Below are positions 40,748-52,211 of a DNA stretch of 64,000 nucleotides, in pieces. A program made the position numbers and the translations under genes. A model generated the notes under the pieces. The model had not been told where the DNA came from and ran no database searches. It saw only the letters and a list, made by a program, of their open reading frames with translations. The stretch covers positions 64,001-128,000 of the forward strand of contig CAVTWJ010000012.1 in NCBI GenBank assembly GCA_963738405.1. The letters are read 5' to 3'. Position 1 is the first letter of the stretch. Each line of letters starts with the position of its first letter. Origin of the DNA: a candidate division FCPU426 bacterium (GTDB taxonomy: Bacteria; Oederibacteriota; Muellerivitia; Muellerivitales; Muellerivitaceae).

Positions 40748-41206
40748 ATGAGCGTTGAAACAGGCGTCGCGGGGGCGGTACGGCCGATAGAGATTCTGGT
40801 AGTGGAAGATAATGTGGGGGACGCTTTTTTACTGTTGAAGTACCTCCATGGCGCGGAAGTCCCGAATCATACGACTCTCGTCAGGGACGGCCAGGACGCC
40901 TCCGATTTTCTGAATCAAAAAGGCCTCTTCTCAAAATCGAAACGTCCCGACTTGATTTTTCTGGATTTGAACCTGCCCCGCAAGGACGGCCGGATCATTT
41001 TAAGTGAAATAAAAGAAAATTCGGAATTGGCGGATATTCCCGTAGTGGTATTAACCGTCTCCAGTTGGGAGCAGGATGTGATCGAGGCCAATGACTTCAA
41101 GGCCGACTTGTATCTGGTGAAGCCGCCGGGCTTGGAACCCTTCATGAATGCCATGAAATATGTGGAAGATGTTTGGATGAGGAAGATTGTTCCCAAAGGA
41201 CCTTAA
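40748..41206 (+). CDS. Single-domain response regulator (Rcp-like)
   Basis: GAGGAGG RBS; PDLIFLDLNLPRKDG. Confidence 0.9.
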   Translation: MSVETGVAGAVRPIEILVVEDNVGDAFLLLKYLHGAEVPNHTTLVRDGQDASDFLNQKGLFSKSKRPDLIFLDLNLPRKDGRIILSEIKENSELADIPVVVLTVSSWEQDVIEANDFKADLYLVKPPGLEPFMNAMKYVEDVWMRKIVPKGP

Positions 41207-41239
41207 CAGGACTTTTCAAGCATTCCGGAAAGGCCCCGT

Positions 41240-41692
41240 CTAATCCCCCATCTCCTGGTCCTCCCCGAGCCATGTTTTCTCCACCCTTTGCAGGGCCGAG
41301 CGGAATTCGTCAAAATCGGTGGGTTTGATCAGGTAATAACTGGCCCCCGATTCATAGGCATGCCGGAAGTCCTCCTCTGATCGGGAGTGGGTTAAAACCA
41401 CGACCGGGATATCCCAGAGCTTTGGATCGGATTTGATCTCCTCGAGCACTTCAAAACCGCTTTTCCCCGGGAGGTACAGGTCCAACAGGATCAGGTCGGG
41501 CCGGTGGCTGGGCTGGAAGCCTCCCTGCCCCCGCAGGTGGTCCATCACCTCATCCCCTTTTTTCAGGGGAACGACCCAAATATGCCTCTTGGAGGCCTTG
41601 AACGCCTCAATCACCAGAGCGGCGTCCCCCGGGTTATCCTCGGCCAAAAGGACTTTTATCAAACGAGGCATCGTTTCAATTGTGGGAACCAT
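41240..41692 (-). CDS. Single-domain response regulator, close paralogue of 23311-23799
   Basis: Shared MVP..ET..RL and LDLYLPGKSGFEV. Confidence 0.9.
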   Translation of the reverse strand: MVPTIETMPRLIKVLLAEDNPGDAALVIEAFKASKRHIWVVPLKKGDEVMDHLRGQGGFQPSHRPDLILLDLYLPGKSGFEVLEEIKSDPKLWDIPVVVLTHSRSEEDFRHAYESGASYYLIKPTDFDEFRSALQRVEKTWLGEDQEMGD

Positions 41693-42166
41693 AGGTCCTC
41701 CTTTGAACAACCCATGAAAGAGGAAAGGGGACGGCGGAGGCGGGATCCAGTTTAGGTTCCGGATTCGTCTCGGGGTCGAAAACGGGCCGCCAAAAGAAAT
41801 GAACCCCCAAAAGGTAGGGCGGCTTTGGAACCTTTGTGAAGGAGCGGAAAAATTCCGTCTTTTTACTGATCTTATTTTACCTCCCACCGGATTCGGAAAA
41901 TTCAAATTAAAATAATTTTCGGGGAAATCTTTTACCCCATCTCCAAGACAAGACGTACGAACGATTTTAGGAAAAAAGGATATTTTTGTTTCGCCTTCTC
42001 ACCCGGAACGCGAGGAGAACGAAGTCCCGCATCTTCTTAACCTATCCATTGGTTTTCCCAAACACCCTTCCTAGCATGAAATTAACAGGTTGCTTTTGGG
42101 GCTTTTGCGCGTAAACAGCGCGGCTTCGACAGCAACCTGTTAAGGAAGTTGTAAAAGGAGGAAAGA

Positions 42167-42838
42167 ATGACACTACGAATAGGGGACACCGCGCCGGATT
42201 TTAAGCAAGTCTCTACCGAGGGGCCCATCCATTTTCACTCATGGGCGAAAAATGCTTGGGTTGTGTTTTTTTCCCACCCGGCTGATTTCACGCCGGTCTG
42301 CACCACCGAGTTGGGAATGACGGCGAAGCTTTCAGGCGAGTTTAAGAAAAGGGGCGTCAAGGTATTGGGGATCTCAGTGGACCCCTTGAGCTTCCACCAG
42401 CAATGGATCGCCGACATCAACGAGACCCAAGGGGTCAAGGTCGATTTTCCCATCCTGGCGGACAAGGAGCGCAAAGTGGCCGAGCTTTACGACATGGTGG
42501 ACCCGCACCTGCTGGTCCAGTCCACCGTCCGTTCAGTCTTCATCATCGACCCCGAAATGAAGATCCGGGCCACGATCACCTACCCGGCCAGTACAGGCCG
42601 CAATTTCGATGAAATCCTGAGGGTGATTGACTCCCTGCAATTGACGGACAACTTCAAGGTCGCAACCCCGGTCAATTGGAAACCGGGCGAGGAGGTCGTG
42701 ATCCTGCCAACCCTGCAGGACAAGGCTGAACTCAAAAGGCGCTTTCCCAACGGCTATCGAACGATCCGCCCCTATCTGCGGATGACCGCCGATCCGAAAG
42801 CGAGAATCCCCGAACCCAGCGGCCGGGGGGCGGTTTGA
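42167..42838 (+). CDS. 1-Cys peroxiredoxin (Prx6 type)
   Basis: FSHPADFTPVCTTE; YPASTGRNFDEILRVIDSLQL. Confidence 0.95.
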   Translation: MTLRIGDTAPDFKQVSTEGPIHFHSWAKNAWVVFFSHPADFTPVCTTELGMTAKLSGEFKKRGVKVLGISVDPLSFHQQWIADINETQGVKVDFPILADKERKVAELYDMVDPHLLVQSTVRSVFIIDPEMKIRATITYPASTGRNFDEILRVIDSLQLTDNFKVATPVNWKPGEEVVILPTLQDKAELKRRFPNGYRTIRPYLRMTADPKARIPEPSGRGAV

Positions 42839-42938
42839 TCTTGAAGACGGGATAGAGGCTCCGGGGGACAGAGTTTTGATGCCCCTAGTTTTTTTATGGC
42901 GGAAATTAAATCAGGAACTCCATCCTCTGGAAGGAAAA

Positions 42939-44339
42939 TCAGTCCCGGGAATCTTGAAGGCCGTATTTTTTGATCTTCAAGCGGAGGGTCTTATAATCCA
43001 CATCCAATACCTTTGCCGCCTGGCTTTTATTGCCATGGGTGGAACGCAGGGCGTTGGAGATGGCTTGTCTTTCCACCTGTTCCGTCGCGCTTTCGACGAT
43101 CTTGCGAAGCGCCATTCCGGGAAGAAGGGGCACCTCCAGCGGGCCGGATGCTTCCGATCTGTCCGAAGCCCCCAATAGGGCCTTGACCTGTTCCGCATGG
43201 ATGGTGGAATCGTGGGTCAGCAGCACCGCCTGCCGCATGACATTTCGCAATTCCCGGATATTGCCGGGCCAGGAATGGGTCTTCATGAGCTCTAAGGCCT
43301 CTTCCGAAACGGCCGTCACAGGCCTTTTAAATTCCCGGCAGGCTTCCTCGCGGAACCTTTGGGCTAGGGGCGGAATATCCTCCCGCCGGTCACGCAGGGG
43401 GGGCAGTTGAAGGGTGCATTCGGCCAGCCGGTAATAAAGGTCTTGGCGGAATTGCCCTGATTTGGCTGCCCCTTCTAACGGCGTGTTGGTGGCGGCGATG
43501 ATGCGCACGTCCACCGAGAAGGCCTTGACCGCGCCCACCGGCCTCACCTGCCGTTCCTGCAGAGTCCTCAGGAGCTTGGCTTGTAAAGAAAGGGAAAGGT
43601 TCCCAATTTCGTCCAGGAAAAGGGTCCCGCCTTCGGCCAGTTCGAACTGCCCGGGCTTGCGGGAGTCTGCCCCGCTGAAGGCCCCCTTTTCATGGCCGAA
43701 GAGTTCGGACTCCAGGAGGTTTTCCGGGAGCGCCCCGCAATCGACGGCGACAAAGGGCCCGTCCCTGCGGGAGCTTTCTTCGTGAAGGGCCCGGGCCGCC
43801 GGTTCCTTTCCGGTTCCGGTCTCGCCCTGGATCAAGACGGTCAGGTTGGAGTCGGCCACTTTCTGGATGTGCCGCACCACCTCCATGATGGCGGGGCTTT
43901 TGCCCGTGATAACGAAAAGGGCGGGTCCCATCCTCCCGGCCTTTCGCCGCAAGGCCGTCACTTCGCTCAAGAGCTCGCTTTGCTCCACCGCGTGGCGCAG
44001 GATCAGCAGCAGCTGGTCGTTTTCGAAAGGTTTGATGAGAAAATTGTCAGCCCCCATCTGGATGGCCTCCACGGCATTTCGAATATCGCTATAGCCGGTG
44101 AGCATGATGACGGGGAGGTTGGGCTGGGATTTTTTGAGCTCCTTGAGCACCTCCAGACCGTTGATGTCGGGCAAGAGAAGATCCAGGATGACGGCGTCGG
44201 GAGCGAAACGGACGGCTTGGTCAAGGGCCGCCCGGCCGCTGGTGGCCGTCAACACTTCGTACCCCCGGACATTTTCCAAGGCCAATTCGAGGAGCGTGCA
44301 TTCGGCTTTGTTGTCGTCCACTGCGAGGATTTTTTTCAT
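42939..44339 (-). CDS. Sigma54-dependent NtrC-family regulator
   Basis: REC; GETGTGKE; ESELFGHEKGAFSGA; WPGNIREL; Fis-type HTH. Confidence 0.95.
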   Translation of the reverse strand: MKKILAVDDNKAECTLLELALENVRGYEVLTATSGRAALDQAVRFAPDAVILDLLLPDINGLEVLKELKKSQPNLPVIMLTGYSDIRNAVEAIQMGADNFLIKPFENDQLLLILRHAVEQSELLSEVTALRRKAGRMGPALFVITGKSPAIMEVVRHIQKVADSNLTVLIQGETGTGKEPAARALHEESSRRDGPFVAVDCGALPENLLESELFGHEKGAFSGADSRKPGQFELAEGGTLFLDEIGNLSLSLQAKLLRTLQERQVRPVGAVKAFSVDVRIIAATNTPLEGAAKSGQFRQDLYYRLAECTLQLPPLRDRREDIPPLAQRFREEACREFKRPVTAVSEEALELMKTHSWPGNIRELRNVMRQAVLLTHDSTIHAEQVKALLGASDRSEASGPLEVPLLPGMALRKIVESATEQVERQAISNALRSTHGNKSQAAKVLDVDYKTLRLKIKKYGLQDSRD

Positions 44340-44677
44340 ATTCACCTCGTACTGAAAACAGACCGCCATGGCGCTGGAACAGTCCCAGGTCAGGGCGGGA
44401 TTAGATTGATTGTTTTATTTTTTCGTAGAACCGCCTGGGAGGAGCATTTTTTCAGGCAAAGGCCTTGCTTGAATGAATAATTATTTGACCCTCTTCGGTG
44501 GAAAATCAAACCCCTCGTGAAATAAGCGAAAGATTTTCTTCCCACCCTGTCAAAATTTAATGGGTACGTTTTCCCTATTAGCATTCAAAATTTTCATCGA
44601 AAGAACGAATGCGGATGATTGGGTTCAATCGGGCGGGCTAAAATCATTTTTCTAAATCCGCGCCAAGCTACCAAACT

Positions 44678-45136
44678 TCAGGGCGATTCCAACCGGCTGG
44701 GCAAAACCGCCCGTTTGAACCAAAAGTCCACCAAACACCGGGTGGTTTCCTGGAAGCCCCTGAAATCCATGGGTTTCATCAAGTACCCATTAGCGTTCAT
44801 CTCATAGGCTTCGCGCACATCCGATTCCAACCGGGAACTGGTCAAAATGATCACCGGGATAATCTTAAACGCCGGATCGCTTTTGATCATTCGCAGCGCC
44901 ATCCGGCCGTCAATGCGGGGGGTATTCAAATCCAACAAGACCATATCGGGCGCGGGAGATTCTTTATACTTCCCTTCCCGTTTCAGGAAGTTGATGGCTT
45001 CCTCCCCGTTCGTCACGAAATTCAAATGGACCGCCGTCATGGTTTCGTGAAAGGCCTGCTGCATCAAAAGAACGTCCCCGGCGTTGTCTTCCACGATCAA
45101 AATCTCAAAGGGCCTATAGACCAACCGTCCGTTCAT
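44678..45136 (-). CDS. Single-domain response regulator (Rcp-like), coupled to the MASE1 kinase
   Basis: ATGA overlap with kinase stop; C-terminal DFWF. Confidence 0.9.
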   Translation of the reverse strand: MNGRLVYRPFEILIVEDNAGDVLLMQQAFHETMTAVHLNFVTNGEEAINFLKREGKYKESPAPDMVLLDLNTPRIDGRMALRMIKSDPAFKIIPVIILTSSRLESDVREAYEMNANGYLMKPMDFRGFQETTRCLVDFWFKRAVLPSRLESP

Positions 45137-47625
45137 AACCTGCCTCCCCTCATGGCGGGCAGGGTCCAATAAAAACAGGAGCCTTGCCCTGGCTGCGCTT
45201 CCACCCAAATACGCCCTCCGTGCCGGGAAACCACCTTCTTGCAGATGGCCAGCCCGATCCCGTTACCCGGATACTCGCTGCGGGTGTGCAGGCGTTTAAA
45301 CACGTCGAAAATCTGGTCCGAGTACTTGGGGTCCATCCCGATCCCGTTGTCACGGACGCTGAACTGCCATTCCCCCTCTTTCGCTTTGGCCTCGATTTGA
45401 ATGACCGGCGGCTCTGGCCCCCGAAACTTTACCGCGTTTCCGACCAGGTTTTGAAAGAGCTGGACGATTTGGCTGAAGTTTCCTAAAACAGAAACCTTTT
45501 CCAGACCCTCTTGGGTTACCCGGGCCTCGTTTTCTTTTAGACGCTCCGACAGATTCTGCAGAGCCTGGCGGAGGGCCTCGGCGCAATCCACCGGTTCGAA
45601 AGGAGGCGAATCGCTGCCCAGCCGGGAATAGGTCAAAAGATCCAGGATCAGCCCCTGCATGCGCTGGGCCCCGTCCACCGTGAGGCGGATGTACTCGTCC
45701 GCCTCCGTGTCCAACTTGCCTTTATATTTCATGGACAACAGCTGGACGAAACTCGTGATCATTCGCAGGGGTTCCTGCAGGTCGTGGGAGGCCACATAGG
45801 CGAATTGTTCCAGTTCCCGGTTGGAGCGGGCCAGGTCCTCCATTTTCCGCCGTTCAGTGGTATCCCGGATGGCGCTGGAAACCAAAATGCCTTCCTCGGT
45901 CTCAATGGGGCTCAAGCTGATTTCCACCGAAAATTCCGAACCGTCCTTGCGCAGGGCGTACAGCTCCCGCCCGATTCCCATGGTTCGTACGCGCGGGTGG
46001 CCGTAAAAACCCTCGCGGTGGCCGGGATGCTGGGGGCGAAACCTGTCGGGGATAAGTTTTTCCACCGCAGAACCGATCAATTCGGCCCTGGAATAGCCGA
46101 AAAGCTTCTCGGTTTGGGCGTTCACCAACACGATCTCGCCCTTGGGGTTCACAATCACCATGGCGTCCGGGGCGGATTCCAAAAGACTCTCAAATTTTTT
46201 ATCGGTCATTTTTTGGCGGCTCGTGTCGCGGCCGATGCCAGCCAATGCCTGGGGCGCTCCCGTGACGCTGTCCTTGATCAAGACAGCGGAAAAATGAAAA
46301 GGCAGGGAGGCCCCGGTTTTGAAATGGCGCAGTTGGAACTCGCCCTGCCAGTGGCCCTGGGCCATCAGGGCGGCGATGATCTCGCTTTGAAGCTTGGGAA
46401 CATCGGAGGGTTGAATGAAATCCTGGTGCAATTTGGAGGTTATGTCCTCCTCCGGTTCCAAGCCCACCAGGCGCCGCCCTTCCCGGTTGACGTAAAGCAT
46501 GTGCCCGTCGAGTGAGGTCAGACAGATGAAGTCGGAACTGGTTTCCACGAGGAGTGAAAGCCTGCGTCTTTCCTCGATTTCCGCCTCCAGTCTCAGGTTG
46601 ATTTTTTGCAGGTCTTCGGTGCGCTCGAGAACCCTTAATTGCAGGTCTGCGTGGGACCACTGCAAAGCTTCCTCCGCTTTTTTTCGTTCCTCCACGACGG
46701 AAGCCAGGGCCAGGATGGTCACGCTGGTGATGCTCATGTAGATTTGAAGGAACAAAAGGGATTGGTTCTGGGTTTCGCCCTGAAAGGGGCCGAACCCGTG
46801 GATCGTGCCCAGGAGCGAAACAAAGGAAACAGCGAAGAGGACCAGCGAGGCGGTAAAGGGATCGAAGCTGACCGCGGCCCACATCAGCAGAGGAATTAAA
46901 AAATATTGGAGGGGGAAATGTTGAACCGAAAGCGCGGCACATCCCCCGAACAAAACCCAGCCCACCAGTAAAAAGGAAGCCCCCAGCAAAGCCCCTTCCA
47001 GGAGCCGCAAAGGCTTCACATGGTTCGGAAAAAAACGGGGCCAAAGTAAAATCGGCGGCGCGACCACCAGGGCCCCGCCCATATCGCCCAGCCACCAAGT
47101 GACCCAAATGTCTTTGAACAGGGCCGATGGGGCCAACCCCGCCAGTATCAGCGTCCCGACGCCGATGGTCGCGCTGACCGCCGTCGCCGCCACCCCCCCT
47201 AAAAACGCGAAGCGGTACAGCGTGGAGGATTCCCTTAGCGCGTTTTTGCCCTTGGCGAAACGGTTGACCAGGTAATAGGCCGTTAGGGCTTCCAGCGTGT
47301 TGCCCGAAGCGATGCCGAGAGAAGTCCAAACCGTACCGTTCGTGAGCAGATTGGCGAAAAAAGCTCCCAGGAAAACCCCCGGCCAAAGGTCCCAGCCGCC
47401 GATCAGAAGAACCGCCAGGGCGATGCCGGTGGGAGGCCAGATCGCGGTCGCGTTGGCCTGGACAAAGGCCAAGGTCAGCCCCAGCTTGGCGGAAATAAAA
47501 TAAACACCCGCCAAGGCTAGGATTTGGAAGGCTTTTTTGATTTTCTTTGGGAGAGCCAAGGTCATGCGGGTCCTTTGGACGGAGAGTTGGGGTTTAGAGC
47601 GAAACCGAAGGGTCGGATTTTCCAT
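45133..47625 (-). CDS. MASE1 - PAS - PAS histidine kinase
   Basis: [16 protein letters not shown]; two [12 protein letters not shown]; start may be 47565. Confidence 0.9.
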   Translation of the reverse strand: MENPTLRFRSKPQLSVQRTRMTLALPKKIKKAFQILALAGVYFISAKLGLTLAFVQANATAIWPPTGIALAVLLIGGWDLWPGVFLGAFFANLLTNGTVWTSLGIASGNTLEALTAYYLVNRFAKGKNALRESSTLYRFAFLGGVAATAVSATIGVGTLILAGLAPSALFKDIWVTWWLGDMGGALVVAPPILLWPRFFPNHVKPLRLLEGALLGASFLLVGWVLFGGCAALSVQHFPLQYFLIPLLMWAAVSFDPFTASLVLFAVSFVSLLGTIHGFGPFQGETQNQSLLFLQIYMSITSVTILALASVVEERKKAEEALQWSHADLQLRVLERTEDLQKINLRLEAEIEERRRLSLLVETSSDFICLTSLDGHMLYVNREGRRLVGLEPEEDITSKLHQDFIQPSDVPKLQSEIIAALMAQGHWQGEFQLRHFKTGASLPFHFSAVLIKDSVTGAPQALAGIGRDTSRQKMTDKKFESLLESAPDAMVIVNPKGEIVLVNAQTEKLFGYSRAELIGSAVEKLIPDRFRPQHPGHREGFYGHPRVRTMGIGRELYALRKDGSEFSVEISLSPIETEEGILVSSAIRDTTERRKMEDLARSNRELEQFAYVASHDLQEPLRMITSFVQLLSMKYKGKLDTEADEYIRLTVDGAQRMQGLILDLLTYSRLGSDSPPFEPVDCAEALRQALQNLSERLKENEARVTQEGLEKVSVLGNFSQIVQLFQNLVGNAVKFRGPEPPVIQIEAKAKEGEWQFSVRDNGIGMDPKYSDQIFDVFKRLHTRSEYPGNGIGLAICKKVVSRHGGRIWVEAQPGQGSCFYWTLPAMRGGRL

Positions 47626-48913
47626 AAACTACAAAATGGGCCCCGCCTTCGGATTTGGACTGGTAAAGGGCCGAATCCGCGTCCTTAAGTAGTTTTTCGC
47701 TCTCGCCTTCCGCACGATCCGAGAAGGCTATGCCTATGCTGACGCCCGTTTGAACTTGTCCTTCCCTCAGCAGGTAAGGTACGCGGGCGGCTTCCTGGAT
47801 ACGTTCCGCGATCTCGACCGCTTCCTTCGGGCTATGAAGTTCCTCCAACAAGACTGTGAACTCATCCCCGCCCATGCGGCCCACCACATCGTAGGGACGC
47901 ACGGCGGCTTTCAACCGCTGGGCGAATTCCACCAAAAGCCTATCCCCCGCCGGGTGACCCAGGCTGTCGTTGACGTACTTGAATCTGTCCAGATCCAGGT
48001 AGAAAAGGGCGAGCAGGCTGGAGGGAAGCCGCTGCAGACGGTCGCAGGCTTGGGAAAGCAATTTCATGAAAAGCGCCCGATTGGGAAGGCCGGTCATGTT
48101 GTCGTAATAGGCCTGCAGGGCCAGCACCTGTTCTAGGTTTTTATGGCGGGTGATATCCGTCAGGGAGCCGGCCATGCGGGTGGGCTGACCCTTTTTGTCC
48201 TTGATGGCCAGGCCCCGGCTGAGGACCCAGCGGTACCGCCCGTCCTTGTGGCGCAGGCGGTGTTCGTTGGCGAAGTGCGGGGTTTCGCCCTGCAGGTGCC
48301 GGTCGATTTCCTTTTTGAATTTCGGAAGATCCTCGGGGTGGATGAGGCCAAACCAGTCCTCGGGACTGCCGCCGATTTCACCCTCCTCATAACCCAGCAT
48401 CATTTTCCAGCGGGGCGAAAGATAAATCTGGTGGGTCAGGAAGTTCCAATCCCATAGGCCGTCGCGGGAGCCCATCGCCGCGAGGAAATAACGTTCCTCG
48501 TTCTCCTGGGCCTTCTTCAGCAGGCGGTAACGTTCGATGGAATAGCGGATGGACCGCTTCAGCAAGTCGCCGCTCAGGTGATCCTTCATCAGGAAATCCT
48601 GGGCGCCCTCATGCAGAGCCTGCACCGCCATTTCCTTTTCAGCGAGGCCGGTGAGAACCACGACGGGCACATGAGGCGAGGCTTCCAGGAATGTTTTCAA
48701 TGTGGCCAGGCCGGAGGAATCGGGGAGGAACAGATCAAGCAACACCAGATCTAGATTTCCCCGGGCCAGGAGGTCCTGCCCCTCCCGGAGGCGGACGGCC
48801 CTTTCCAGCAGATACGGAAAGGCGTCTTTTTCCCGGAGCGCCTCCTGAAGAAGGAGGGCGTCACCGGGATTATCTTCAATCAGCAAAATTCGGGTTGGCG
48901 TTGCCGTTTCCAT
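47594..48913 (-). CDS. REC - PAS - GGDEF diguanylate cyclase
   Basis: TGLPNR, DLDRFK.VND..GH..GD, intact GGDEF; no EAL domain. Confidence 0.9.
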   Translation of the reverse strand: METATPTRILLIEDNPGDALLLQEALREKDAFPYLLERAVRLREGQDLLARGNLDLVLLDLFLPDSSGLATLKTFLEASPHVPVVVLTGLAEKEMAVQALHEGAQDFLMKDHLSGDLLKRSIRYSIERYRLLKKAQENEERYFLAAMGSRDGLWDWNFLTHQIYLSPRWKMMLGYEEGEIGGSPEDWFGLIHPEDLPKFKKEIDRHLQGETPHFANEHRLRHKDGRYRWVLSRGLAIKDKKGQPTRMAGSLTDITRHKNLEQVLALQAYYDNMTGLPNRALFMKLLSQACDRLQRLPSSLLALFYLDLDRFKYVNDSLGHPAGDRLLVEFAQRLKAAVRPYDVVGRMGGDEFTVLLEELHSPKEAVEIAERIQEAARVPYLLREGQVQTGVSIGIAFSDRAEGESEKLLKDADSALYQSKSEGGAHFVVYGKSDPSVSL

Positions 48914-48943
48914 AAAAACTCGTTCCGGCCGCGATCCGCGGCC

Positions 48944-49411
48944 TTAGGCCATCTGCCCTCCCCCGTCCTCCGGGTGCGACTTGCGGAGCCAAACATCCTC
49001 CACGTAACGCATCGCCATGAAGAGCTGGTCCAGATCGGATGGCTTCACGATGAAAAAATTAGCCTGGCATTCGTAGGCCCGCTGGAGATCCGAATCCAGC
49101 TTGGAGCTGGTCAGAATCACCACGGGAATGTCCTTAAGCCGGGAGTGGGCTTTGATTTCCTGCAGTACCTCCCACCCGTTCTTCTTGGGAATGTTCAAAT
49201 CAAGCAGGACGAGGTCGGGATGGCTGGGTTTCTTGAAATGCTCCTCGCCTTTTAGGAAGCGAAGGGCTTCTACGCCGTCTTTGGCGCGGGTGACATGGAT
49301 GGGTCTTTTGGATGCCTTAAACACCTCGGTAATCAATACTACTTCCCCAATATTGTCCTCGACGAGAAGGACATTAAGCGAAGGGGTAATCTTTTCGGTT
49401 AATGAAACCAT
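48944..49411 (-). CDS. Single-domain response regulator (Rcp-like)
   Basis: PDLVLLDLNIPKKNG; paralogue of 29223-29675. Confidence 0.9.
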   Translation of the reverse strand: MVSLTEKITPSLNVLLVEDNIGEVVLITEVFKASKRPIHVTRAKDGVEALRFLKGEEHFKKPSHPDLVLLDLNIPKKNGWEVLQEIKAHSRLKDIPVVILTSSKLDSDLQRAYECQANFFIVKPSDLDQLFMAMRYVEDVWLRKSHPEDGGGQMA

Positions 49412-49654
49412 ATTGCCTCCTTTGGCTTTTAGATGTCGAAAGGGCGGCGGAAAAAGTGAAACCTCGGGCCGGGAAGTCCTGTTTCACTTCGTTAATTTCA
49501 GGGGGATTTTAAGACGGGAGAGCTTCAACTCAACCATTCATTTGTTAATTCAAATATATGCCTGAGCTGTGGAAAAAACCATAAAACCGTTTAAATTTAC
49601 AGTATTGTCGATTACCCGCCGTACAGTGGCACATTTAAAAACATCAGAAATGTT

Positions 49655-50416
49655 TTAGTTTTTCAGACTGAAATTGAATGAGATAACGCCTGATTGCTCA
49701 ACCTGGGGTAATTGGGGAGGCAAAGGCTCGAATTGCCATCGGATCAGGTGGTCATAAACTTCCCGGTCGAGTTCCCGGTAACCCGAAGTTTGAACCATTT
49801 CCAGGTCGTCTTTTAAAAACCCGTTCGGAAGAACCGTTATCCTAAAACGAACCACCGCTTCCACCCCATCTTTTTTGGCCCAATCGGGATAGGGCGGATT
49901 GTCCTGATTCTTAATATTTCGAGCGGCCAATTCCCCTTCAATATTCGCGTTGCCGTTGGGGGTACCGGCAACCCCCTCTTGGCCTAACCCGGCGCTGGTT
50001 TCAATGTTGGTATCGACCTGCTTTTTGGGGACAAGGCCAATTGGGGCGGACTTTCTTAGATTTTCCAAATATTGCTCTTCGGTTTTGGCGCTGGAATGGG
50101 CTTTGGGCTTTAGAGGATGCTTGATGGCCACTTCCGGCCTGGCGCTATTGGCGACAGCGGGGTTGGCCTGGGCCTGTTGGGGCGTGGAAAAATCTCCCTC
50201 GGTCTTGGCGGTCGGCAAGGCACCCGCCGTTTGTCCCGTTTGGGCGGTCGGCGCCCCCAAACCCTGGCCTTGGGACATTTCACCGATCAAGGTAAGGTCC
50301 ATCAAAAGCGGGGTGCGGGTGACGAGGAAGGATTCGTAAATCCAGATAAACAAAACCAATAGTAGGGCATGCAGGACGGCCGAATAAAGAAGCGCTTGGT
50401 TAAAACGACGATCCAT
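49655..50416 (-). CDS. tonB: TonB-family energy transducer
   Basis: TM SAVLH motif; C-terminal P.YP..A...G.E..V domain. Confidence 0.85.
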   Translation of the reverse strand: MDRRFNQALLYSAVLHALLLVLFIWIYESFLVTRTPLLMDLTLIGEMSQGQGLGAPTAQTGQTAGALPTAKTEGDFSTPQQAQANPAVANSARPEVAIKHPLKPKAHSSAKTEEQYLENLRKSAPIGLVPKKQVDTNIETSAGLGQEGVAGTPNGNANIEGELAARNIKNQDNPPYPDWAKKDGVEAVVRFRITVLPNGFLKDDLEMVQTSGYRELDREVYDHLIRWQFEPLPPQLPQVEQSGVISFNFSLKN

Positions 50417-50424
50417 ATTCCCTC

Positions 50425-50682
50425 CTACTGGCCCTTGGCCGGTTTTTCACCAATTTCGACTACGTCAATGGTTCCGAAATCTTTCCAGTTTTCAAACCAT
50501 ACTTGAAACAGTTTGGGATCGTTCGTTTCCATCAATTGAAAACAACGGTTCCCGTCTTTTTCCAGCCAGCTGTTCAGATAATTCAGCCCATCGGGCAACA
50601 TTCGCCCCTTGGCATGAAATCTTTCGTAGATTTTGTCTTTTAACCCAGGCGTGAAATGTTCAATAACCATGTATTGCTTCAC
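50425..50682 (-). CDS. DUF3303-like small protein
   Basis: YMVIE.F...IYERF..KGRMLPDGL.Y..SW...RCFQLME. Confidence 0.75.
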   Translation of the reverse strand: MKQYMVIEHFTPGLKDKIYERFHAKGRMLPDGLNYLNSWLEKDGNRCFQLMETNDPKLFQVWFENWKDFGTIDVVEIGEKPAKGQ

Positions 50683-51122
50683 GGCGTTTTGACTCCGGCG
50701 GCAGTTGAATCGGGGTTGTCCCCAAGTTCCACTGCGATACCCAGCTTGGTCACGCCCGCCAGATAAGCTTTGGACATCACCCCTGCCACGGTGCCATGCG
50801 AAACGTTTTTATCGGCGTTGATCATGACCAGGGCATTGGGTTTTTGAAGGGTCAAAGCCCTTAATTCTCCCGAGAGACTTTCCAAGGGAGTTTCCTTGGC
50901 ATCCAGATAAATCTTGTCGCCCTGCGTGATCGTTAAGGTAATGGTTTCAGGTAGTTGGGGCGAAGGGGCGGCCACCTTGGGCAGTTTGACCTGAAAATCA
51001 CCCTGAAAGAGGAATGGGGTGGTGACCATGAAGATAACCAACAACACCAGCACCACATCGGTAAAGGGCACCATGTTGATTTCGGCCATGAGTCGGGGCC
51101 GGGGCCTGAGGCGGCTATCCAT
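50679..51122 (-). CDS. exbD: ExbD/TolR
   Basis: EINMVPFTDVVLVLLVIFMVT. Confidence 0.9.
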   Translation of the reverse strand: MDSRLRPRPRLMAEINMVPFTDVVLVLLVIFMVTTPFLFQGDFQVKLPKVAAPSPQLPETITLTITQGDKIYLDAKETPLESLSGELRALTLQKPNALVMINADKNVSHGTVAGVMSKAYLAGVTKLGIAVELGDNPDSTAAGVKTP

Positions 51123-51124
51123 GT

Positions 51125-51739
51125 TTAGCCTCCGAGTCTTTCGGATATGTCGGAGATAAGAATTTCAGCCTCTTGGGCGGCCCGGTTGAGGCGGGCCTGG
51201 AACATGTTGTAGATAAAAACCGCGAGGATTGCCACGAAGAGGCCCGATGCGGTCGCGAAAAGGGCTTCGGCGATGCCCTGGGAAACCACCGCCGCCCCGC
51301 CAGCGTTGGCTTGGCTAAGGTCGCGGAAGGCCTGGATGATGCCCAACACAGTTCCAAAAAGGCCAATGAAGGGAGCGATGGAGCCGATGGTGGCTAGGAA
51401 GGGCAATCGCCTTTCCAGTTCCAAAAGTTGAAGCTTGGCTTCCCTTTCCATGGCTTTGGTGGGATCGGCCTTTTCCATGCGGGCCAAAATGCCTGTCCGG
51501 GCGACGCGGCTTAAGAACCCGCCAACCTTGTCGCAGTTTTCCAAGGCTTCCTTAAAGCCTGAACGGCCAAGGGATGGCGATAGAACATCCAGCAACACTT
51601 GTAGGGGTTTAAAAGCCTTTCGGTAGAAGCTAAGTCGTTCAATCAGCACCGCAACCACCAGGATTGAAAGAACCACCAAGATCCCAATGGTCCAGCCCCC
51701 TTTTGAAAGAACCTGCAACAGGTTGAAATCGTAAGCCAT
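51125..51739 (-). CDS. exbB: ExbB/TolQ/MotA
   Basis: LATIGS.APFIGLFGTV.GII.AF; GIAEAL.ATA.GL. Confidence 0.9.
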   Translation of the reverse strand: MAYDFNLLQVLSKGGWTIGILVVLSILVVAVLIERLSFYRKAFKPLQVLLDVLSPSLGRSGFKEALENCDKVGGFLSRVARTGILARMEKADPTKAMEREAKLQLLELERRLPFLATIGSIAPFIGLFGTVLGIIQAFRDLSQANAGGAAVVSQGIAEALFATASGLFVAILAVFIYNMFQARLNRAAQEAEILISDISERLGG

Positions 51740-51808
51740 GCTTTCCTCCTCGTGTTTTTAAGAGCCTATCAGGCTCCCCAACAGGAACCAATCAAAGGTC
51801 ATCAATTT

Positions 51809-52198
51809 TTAAAACATCCCATTTTCATTTGGAGAATCCTGCGGGATGGGCTGGCCCATATCCCAAAGTTCGACGATTTTATCGCCCGCAAAACGGAACA
51901 CATGAACAAGGATTAGGCCTGGCGACACGGGATTGGGCCTCATCATGGAATGCACCACGACCAAATCCCCTTCCTCTACGGTATGTTTGACTTCGAGTGT
52001 TTTATGCGGAAATTGAAGGTGGTTTTTTTCCATTGCAACCAAAAGAGATTCTCGGTCCCCAGGGAAATGGGGATTGTGATGGATAAATTGTGTCGCCACA
52101 AAGCGGTCATAAGCTTCCCTCACCTTGCCGCCAACCACCGAGTTTAAAAAAGATAGAGCGGCTTCCTTGCGGCTCGTCGTTGTGACTTCAATTCCCAT
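51809..52198 (-). CDS. SnoaL/NTF2-like protein
   Basis: FIHHNP...EGDLVVVHS...FRF...KIVELWD. Confidence 0.85.
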   Translation of the reverse strand: MGIEVTTTSRKEAALSFLNSVVGGKVREAYDRFVATQFIHHNPHFPGDRESLLVAMEKNHLQFPHKTLEVKHTVEEGDLVVVHSMMRPNPVSPGLILVHVFRFAGDKIVELWDMGQPIPQDSPNENGMF

Positions 52199-52211
52199 GA
52201 TCAGTCCTTTT

